Shown here: one piece after another, positions 58,931-64,000 of the stretch
Layout of the letters: each line of letters begins with the position of its first letter
Position numbering within the stretch: position 1 is the first letter of the stretch
Source: Oscillospiraceae bacterium
Lineage (GTDB): Bacteria > Bacillota > Clostridia > Oscillospirales > Oscillospiraceae
Reading direction: 5' to 3'
NCBI GenBank assembly: GCA_020025545.1
Contig: JAHHRX010000005.1
Location: 29,691-93,690 of the forward strand
DNA length: 64,000 nucleotides
The notes under the pieces: model-generated
Seen by the model: the letters and a program-made list of their open reading frames with translations, nothing else
What the model was told of the DNA's origin: nothing
The model's database searches: none
Program-made: the position numbers and the translations under genes

Positions 58931-59809
58931 ATGGCGAAATTACTGCTGGGCAAGGAAGTTACCGACGCCCTGAATACAAATCTGCAGGGCCGCACCGCTG
59001 CTCTGCGTGAAAAGGGCATCGTTCCCACCCTGGGCATCATCCGTGTGGGTGCTGACCCCAGCGACCTGTCCTATGAGAGAGGCGCAACCAAGCGTGCCGA
59101 GCTGGTGGGTGTGGATATCAAGAAGTTCGAGCTGCCCGCAGACGCTACCCGTGAACAGGTTCTGGATGTGATCGATCAGGTAAACGCCGACGATTCCATC
59201 CACGGTGTGCTGATGTTCCGTCCCCTGCCCAAGCACCTGAAGGCCTTCCAGAACGAGATCTGCAACCGTCTTGATCCCAAGAAGGATGTGGACTGCATGA
59301 CCCATATGTCCAACGCCGGTGTGTTTGAGGGTCTGAACGATTTGGGCTACGCCCCCTGCACCCCCGCTGCCTGCATGGAAATTCTGGATTTCTACGGCAT
59401 CGACTGCAAGGGCAAGAGCGCTGCCGTCATAGGCCGCAGTCTGGTGGTCGGCAAGCCCGCTGCCATGATGCTCATGGGCAAGAACGCCACCGTTACCACC
59501 TGCCACACCAAGACCGTCAACACCGCTGAAATCTGCCGGAACGCTGACATCATCGTTTCCGCAGCCGGTGTGCTTAACTCCCTCACCGCAGACTATGTGC
59601 GCCCCGGTCAGATCGTTATTGATGTTTCCATCAACTGGGATGAAAACAAGCCCAACGCCAAGGGCGGCAAGGGCGGTATTGCAGGCGACGCCAAGTTCGA
59701 CGAGGTCGAGCCCATCGTTGAGGCAATCACCCCCGTTCCCGGCGGTGTCGGTTCCGTCACAACCTCCGTGCTGATGAAGCATGTGGTGGAAGCTGCCGAA
59801 AAAATCTGA
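58931..59809 (+). CDS. folD: Methylene-THF dehydrogenase/cyclohydrolase
   Basis: KDVD, PCTP, GRSLVVGKP and TPVPGGVG motifs. Confidence 0.95.
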   Translation: MAKLLLGKEVTDALNTNLQGRTAALREKGIVPTLGIIRVGADPSDLSYERGATKRAELVGVDIKKFELPADATREQVLDVIDQVNADDSIHGVLMFRPLPKHLKAFQNEICNRLDPKKDVDCMTHMSNAGVFEGLNDLGYAPCTPAACMEILDFYGIDCKGKSAAVIGRSLVVGKPAAMMLMGKNATVTTCHTKTVNTAEICRNADIIVSAAGVLNSLTADYVRPGQIVIDVSINWDENKPNAKGGKGGIAGDAKFDEVEPIVEAITPVPGGVGSVTTSVLMKHVVEAAEKI

Positions 59810-59819
59810 TTTTTCATCT

Positions 59820-59850
59820 ACACGGACGGGTTCGCCCGTCCGTGTTTTCT
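59820..59850 (+). terminator. Terminator after folD
   Basis: ACACGGACGGG-TTCG-CCCGTCCGTGT followed by Ts. Confidence 0.85.
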
Positions 59851-59866
59851 ATTATGAGGTGATTCT

Positions 59867-61201
59867 ATGAAAAAAGTCAACGAATTGGACGAAAGCAGTT
59901 TTCTCAAGCTGCTCTTCGGTTTTCTCACGCTGTGCTTTCTGATAGCTGCCTTCTGTATGCCGGATCGTTCCACCATGGTTTCCGGCCTCTGGCAAATCCT
60001 CTCTCAACCCAGTAAGGTATCCACCAACTATTTTGCCTTGGGCGGCTACGCAGCTACGTTCCTTAATATGGGTCTGGTTGCTCTGATCTGCACTTTGCTC
60101 TATGTGCTTCTGGACGCAAAAGCCAATCAGGTTTCCACTCTGGCATTTATCCTCACCCTGGGATTCGGCTCCTGGGGCATCAACATTCTCAACATCTGGC
60201 CCACCATTGCGGGTGTCGTTGTCTACGGCCTTGCGAAAAAGGAAAAGCAGTCCACACTGGTAAACGCCATGCTGTTTTCCACCGGCATTGCCCCCCTCAT
60301 TACGGATCTTATGATCCGCTACCCCAATGCAGAGGTAGTGGGCTTCCATGCCGGCGGCATCCTGCTGGCGCTCGCCGTTGGCTTCGTCATCGGCTTTTTC
60401 CTGCCCGCAGGCTTGGCAGCATCCCCCCGGATTCACGGCGGCTTTGACCTCTATTCTGCCGCTCTTCCCATTGGCATGACCGCATTTTTCCTGCAGGCCA
60501 CCCTCTTTAAGACCATGGGCGTGGCACTGCCCGCCGCTCCCGACGCCGCAGGGCTGAAGGTTGCCTCCGCCATGACCGTAAACACCTTCTGCTGCGTGGT
60601 TTTCGGTCTTTGCATCGTATTTGCTTTCCTCATGGGCTGCCGCCCCAAGGATTACTGGCGGCTCCTAAGCGACCCTGCCCTGGTCACCAACTTCTCCTCT
60701 ACCTATGGAAATGCCACCTTCCTGATGAATGTGGGTGTCTACGGCCTGTTTATCCTCGCCTACTACAATCTGATCGGCGCTTCCTTCAACGGTGTCACCT
60801 TGGGTATTATTTTCTGTATGCTGGCCTGCTGTAATTCCGGCTCCCATCCGGGAAATGTGTGGCCCATCATGCTGGGCTATGTGGTTTCCAGCATGGTATT
60901 CGGTCGGCTCAGTGTATTGGCCGGCGGCACCTTCACCGGCGCCGCCAACGCCCAGGCCATCATGGTAGGTCTGTGCTACGCCAACGGCCTCAGCCCCATC
61001 GCCGACAAATACGGCTGGCGCTACGGTTTCCTTGCTGCCTGTATGCACTATGTGCTGGTGACTTCCGTCCCCACCCTCCACGGCGGCTTCTGCCTGTATA
61101 ACGGCGGATTCACCGCTGCGCTCATTTGCGTGATCCTCGTTCCCTCTCTGGAGCGTTTCTCCAGAACCAAAGAAGACCGTCTGGCCGCAAAAGCAAAATG
61201 A
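59867..61201 (+). CDS. Polytopic membrane protein, DUF1576-like
   Basis: Internally duplicated TM protein; NIWP/NVWP and HGGFDLY/HGGFCLYNGGF motifs. Confidence 0.8.
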   Translation: MKKVNELDESSFLKLLFGFLTLCFLIAAFCMPDRSTMVSGLWQILSQPSKVSTNYFALGGYAATFLNMGLVALICTLLYVLLDAKANQVSTLAFILTLGFGSWGINILNIWPTIAGVVVYGLAKKEKQSTLVNAMLFSTGIAPLITDLMIRYPNAEVVGFHAGGILLALAVGFVIGFFLPAGLAASPRIHGGFDLYSAALPIGMTAFFLQATLFKTMGVALPAAPDAAGLKVASAMTVNTFCCVVFGLCIVFAFLMGCRPKDYWRLLSDPALVTNFSSTYGNATFLMNVGVYGLFILAYYNLIGASFNGVTLGIIFCMLACCNSGSHPGNVWPIMLGYVVSSMVFGRLSVLAGGTFTGAANAQAIMVGLCYANGLSPIADKYGWRYGFLAACMHYVLVTSVPTLHGGFCLYNGGFTAALICVILVPSLERFSRTKEDRLAAKAK

Positions 61202-61210
61202 TCCATGCAC

Positions 61211-61300
61211 AAAGCCCTCTGCCGATCGGCAGAGGGCTTTTCTGATTGGGCTAAGATGTCCCGTAAAAAGGGCTGACGCAAAATGCCTGCGTCAGCCCCT
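61211..61300. terminator. Two hairpins terminating the convergent DUF1576 and XRE genes
   Basis: AAAGCCCTCTGCC-gatc-GGCAGAGGGCTTT and GGGCTGACGCA-aaatgcc-TGCGTCAGCCC. Confidence 0.75.
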
Positions 61301-61324
61301 GTCGGGTATTGGTTTGGGAAAATC

Positions 61325-62161
61325 TCAGGTAAATTGTACTTTAATGTACTGTTTTAATGGCTCCTGATCCAGAAACGGAGCGATCGGCAGAATGCTGTCC
61401 ATTTCACCCTGCGCAATCAGCTGACTTGCCAGCTTTGCCAGAAAATCCGAACGCAGGAACGGGGCGATTTTCGCTATGTTTTCCATTCGTTTCTTTTCAA
61501 ATTCCATTTCCGCAATGTGCTCCAGCTGCTGTCGGGACATAAAGGGAAAGAATTTAACGATTTCTCCCAGTCCTGCTTTCTGATAGCTGCGCTCTGCCAT
61601 CTTTCCGATTTCCTCCGTGTCGAGAAACGGCAGAAATGCTTCAATGGACTTCCCGCTTTCCGTCCGCTGCGCCACAATCTCATTCAGCACATCCTGACTG
61701 ACAAACGGCACAAATTTCCTGATATCATCGCTGTCTGCGGCCTTTCTTGCCAGCTCATCCACAGTTTCCTGATCCAAAAACGGCAGCAGCTTGATCACGC
61801 TCCCCATATTGGTACACTTGGTTTTGGAAAACACTGCATCCACCTGTGTGGGCTTCAAAATAGGAGCCGCTTCTGCGAGTTCCTCAGCCGTCACTTCGTG
61901 ATCTTCCAGATATTCCTCCACCCGGTTTTGGGCGGCATGACTGATAAGCTCCGAGGTCTCCCCCAGCAAATCATCAATGGTCACGCCAAACAGCTGTGCC
62001 AGCTCCGGGAGCTTGGAAATATCGGGCATGGAATTGCCCCGTTCCCAATTGGAAACGGCCTGATAGCTGATGCACAGTTTCTCCGCCAGTTCCATTTGTG
62101 TCATGTTCTGCTGTCTGCGCAGTTCAGAAATTTTTCTGCCTACTTTCATCATATTCAGCAT
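61325..62161 (-). CDS. XRE-family HTH regulator with C-terminal helical repeats
   Basis: MTQMELAEKL.ISYQAVSNWERG.SMPDI motif; repeated hhPF(L/V/M) units; AAAGGA RBS before ATG 62161. Confidence 0.87.
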   Translation of the reverse strand: MLNMMKVGRKISELRRQQNMTQMELAEKLCISYQAVSNWERGNSMPDISKLPELAQLFGVTIDDLLGETSELISHAAQNRVEEYLEDHEVTAEELAEAAPILKPTQVDAVFSKTKCTNMGSVIKLLPFLDQETVDELARKAADSDDIRKFVPFVSQDVLNEIVAQRTESGKSIEAFLPFLDTEEIGKMAERSYQKAGLGEIVKFFPFMSRQQLEHIAEMEFEKKRMENIAKIAPFLRSDFLAKLASQLIAQGEMDSILPIAPFLDQEPLKQYIKVQFT

Positions 62162-62343
62162 ATTGTTCGCATCCTTTCTGCAAGTCTGCCGGCCGTTGCT
62201 TCTTGCCCCTTCAGTATATGGAAAAAGGTGCCAATCGTCAAACAATTGTCACTTGAGTTACTGGTTTTTCCACTAAAGCGGCAGTTGAATTCCGAATTTC
62301 TCCCGAAAAATCGGTTCTGAGGAATCCGGCAAAAGGATTGTTT

Positions 62344-63111
62344 TCAGATTTCGATACCGTAGAGCCGCTTACCGTTTTCCAGCGTGATGCGCCGGGCTTC
62401 CTCCTCGCTGATGCCCCGGATTTCCGCCAGCTTTTGCGCCATGCGGTACACATAGCCCGGGTAGTTCCGTTTTCCACGGAAGGGCTCCGGCGCCATATAG
62501 GGGCAGTCCGTTTCAATGACGATCCGATCCAGCGGCACCGCGGCGGCGCTTTCCACCGCACGGCGGGCATTTTTGAAGGTCAGCACACCTGTAAAACCGA
62601 TGTACCAGCCCCGGTCGGTAAGCTGCCGTGCCATTTCCGCCGAGCCGGAATAGCAATGGAACACGCCCCGAACCGTGGGAAAATCCCTGAGAATCGCAAG
62701 GCAGTCCTCATGGGCCTCCCGGTCGTGGATGATAACCGGCATATTGAGTTCCTGTGCCAGTGCCAGCTGAGCAGCAAAGGCCTTCTGCTGCCGCTCCCGG
62801 GGAACATCCTCATAATGATAATCAAGGCCGATTTCGCCGATGGCACGAATTTTGGGATTTTCCCGGCAGAGGGTGCGGTATTCCTCCAAAACGGCATCGC
62901 AAACTTCGTCGGCGGCATCCGGGTGAGAGCCTACGGCGGCATACACATAGTCATAGCGCCCAGAGAGCGCCGAGGCCGCCCGGGAAGTTTCCAGACTGCA
63001 TCCGGGGTTCATCAGCAGGGCAATATTTTCCTTGGGAAGCCCGGCAAGCAGCGCTTCCCGGTCTGCATCAAACGCCCGGTCATCCATATGGGCGTGGGTA
63101 TCAAAAAGCAT
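62344..63111 (-). CDS. tatD: TatD family hydrolase
   Basis: DTHAH, IGEIGLDY, HDREAH, FHCYSG and IETDCPY motifs. Confidence 0.95.
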   Translation of the reverse strand: MLFDTHAHMDDRAFDADREALLAGLPKENIALLMNPGCSLETSRAASALSGRYDYVYAAVGSHPDAADEVCDAVLEEYRTLCRENPKIRAIGEIGLDYHYEDVPRERQQKAFAAQLALAQELNMPVIIHDREAHEDCLAILRDFPTVRGVFHCYSGSAEMARQLTDRGWYIGFTGVLTFKNARRAVESAAAVPLDRIVIETDCPYMAPEPFRGKRNYPGYVYRMAQKLAEIRGISEEEARRITLENGKRLYGIEI

Positions 63112-63122
63112 GATTTTCTCCT

Positions 63123-63608
63123 TTATTCCTGAATTACGGCAACATAACAGCCATCAATTTCCATGATGCGGCTGTCATTTTGGTCGAAATCGGTATCTTT
63201 CAGCCAGTTTCCGATGCCCCGCCCCGTTTGCTTGGCAAGGGCCTCCTTGAGAACCCAGAGCCGCAGCAGGGCACCATTGGGATCTTCCTGCCGGTCATAG
63301 TGCGCCCGCTCCGTTTCGGACAGCCAGCGATCCGCCAGTCTGCCATTTACCTGCCGATCCATTTCCTCCGCATCAATGCCCACCGGGCGGCGGCTCAGGA
63401 CGCAGAATACATGGCGCCGGGTGTGAGAAATGGAAAAATACCACTGAGAATTGAGAAAATAGGGCTTTCCTTCGGGGGAAAGCCCTATTTCCGGGCAGGG
63501 AAGTCCCGTCTGCCCGATGTAAAGTCTGCAAAGGAGCTGCCGGCCCGCTTCGTGACCGGAGGCGCCTTTCAACCGTTCCCAGCCGAGAACAAAATCATTC
63601 ATCGGCAT
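63123..63608 (-). CDS. 4'-phosphopantetheinyl transferase (short Sfp-like; start uncertain)
   Basis: GKPY, FSISHT, VGIDAE and WVLKEALAK..G.G motifs. Confidence 0.85.
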   Translation of the reverse strand: MPMNDFVLGWERLKGASGHEAGRQLLCRLYIGQTGLPCPEIGLSPEGKPYFLNSQWYFSISHTRRHVFCVLSRRPVGIDAEEMDRQVNGRLADRWLSETERAHYDRQEDPNGALLRLWVLKEALAKQTGRGIGNWLKDTDFDQNDSRIMEIDGCYVAVIQE

Positions 63609-64000
63609 CGATAATGTTATCGCGGCCACTGTCGGATTTCCTGTGGATCACCCGGTCAAAGATATTGGCGACCCCCACGCTCAGCAGCACGATACCCAGA
63701 ATCCGCATAATGATCCGGGACAGGCTCAGAGGCAGGAAAATCAGAATGGCACCGGTAACAGCGGTAATGACAGAAAGAATTCTGCCGAAATCCGATGTGG
63801 CATACTTCACATTGCGAATACCCTCAACCACAAGAATCAGTCCCAGTATCCGTCCGGCGACTTTTGCAAGAACCAGCGGATTGCTGAAAAAGTACACCCC
63901 CAGGGCAAAGCAGCCTGCGATCTGCACCCAGCTCCAAATGTTGGTATAGTCCTTACGCAACACCAGCGCAATTGTCACAACAATACCGATGCCGATAAGC
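63595..64000 (-). CDS. Membrane protein, DUF308/HdeD-like (5'-truncated by window edge)
   Basis: Repeating pairs of Gly-rich hydrophobic helices; frame is open to the window end. Confidence 0.6.
   Translation of the reverse strand, partial: LIGIGIVVTIALVLRKDYTNIWSWVQIAGCFALGVYFFSNPLVLAKVAGRILGLILVVEGIRNVKYATSDFGRILSVITAVTGAILIFLPLSLSRIIMRILGIVLLSVGVANIFDRVIHRKSDSGRDNIIDADE

Noticed and set aside
63123..63608. NRPS/PKS cluster suggested by the Sfp-like PPTase
   Set aside because: No carrier-protein, adenylation or ketosynthase genes in the window; the neighbours are housekeeping genes.
1..64000. Prophage, IS element, integron, defence system, rRNA or tRNA
   Set aside because: No integrase, transposase, phage structural gene, defence-type nuclease or structural RNA signature was recognised.

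Overview
Chromosomal, mostly housekeeping DNA from a spore-forming anaerobic Firmicute (Clostridia; probably Oscillospiraceae-like, inferred from gene content and style). No transposase, integrase, rRNA, tRNA or CRISPR array is recognisable. Contents in order: purine operon (purC-purF-purM-purN-purO-like-purH-purD-purL), alpha/beta hydrolase, spoVT, an accessory-looking cell-wall block (arginase, non-DNPR MurE, Asp racemase, two D-Asp-ligase-like ATP-grasp genes, GH129), a TagD-Gfo/Idh/MocA fusion, mgtC, mnmG, trmB, CsoR/RcnR, a D,D-carboxypeptidase, rpsF-ssb-rpsR with its S6:S18 leader, lgt, an M16 peptidase pair, prmA, galE, asparaginase, CBS-PPase, holB, ricT, a two-component/ABC/C39 module, a CapD-like gene, ddh, an aminotransferase, a GlpP-controlled glycerol-3-phosphate operon, fhs-fchA-folD, DUF1576, an XRE regulator, TatD and a PPTase. 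Four observations stand out: (1) a candidate ornithine/lysine-D-Asp peptidoglycan-switching cassette with its own arginase and two ligases; (2) a 134-bp decayed duplicate of the GH129 3' end bracketing the second ligase gene; (3) two tandem hairpins with a shared core and different base stems in the fhs leader; (4) a PurF with a degenerate glutaminase site. All product calls come from motif recognition by eye; no database search was run.
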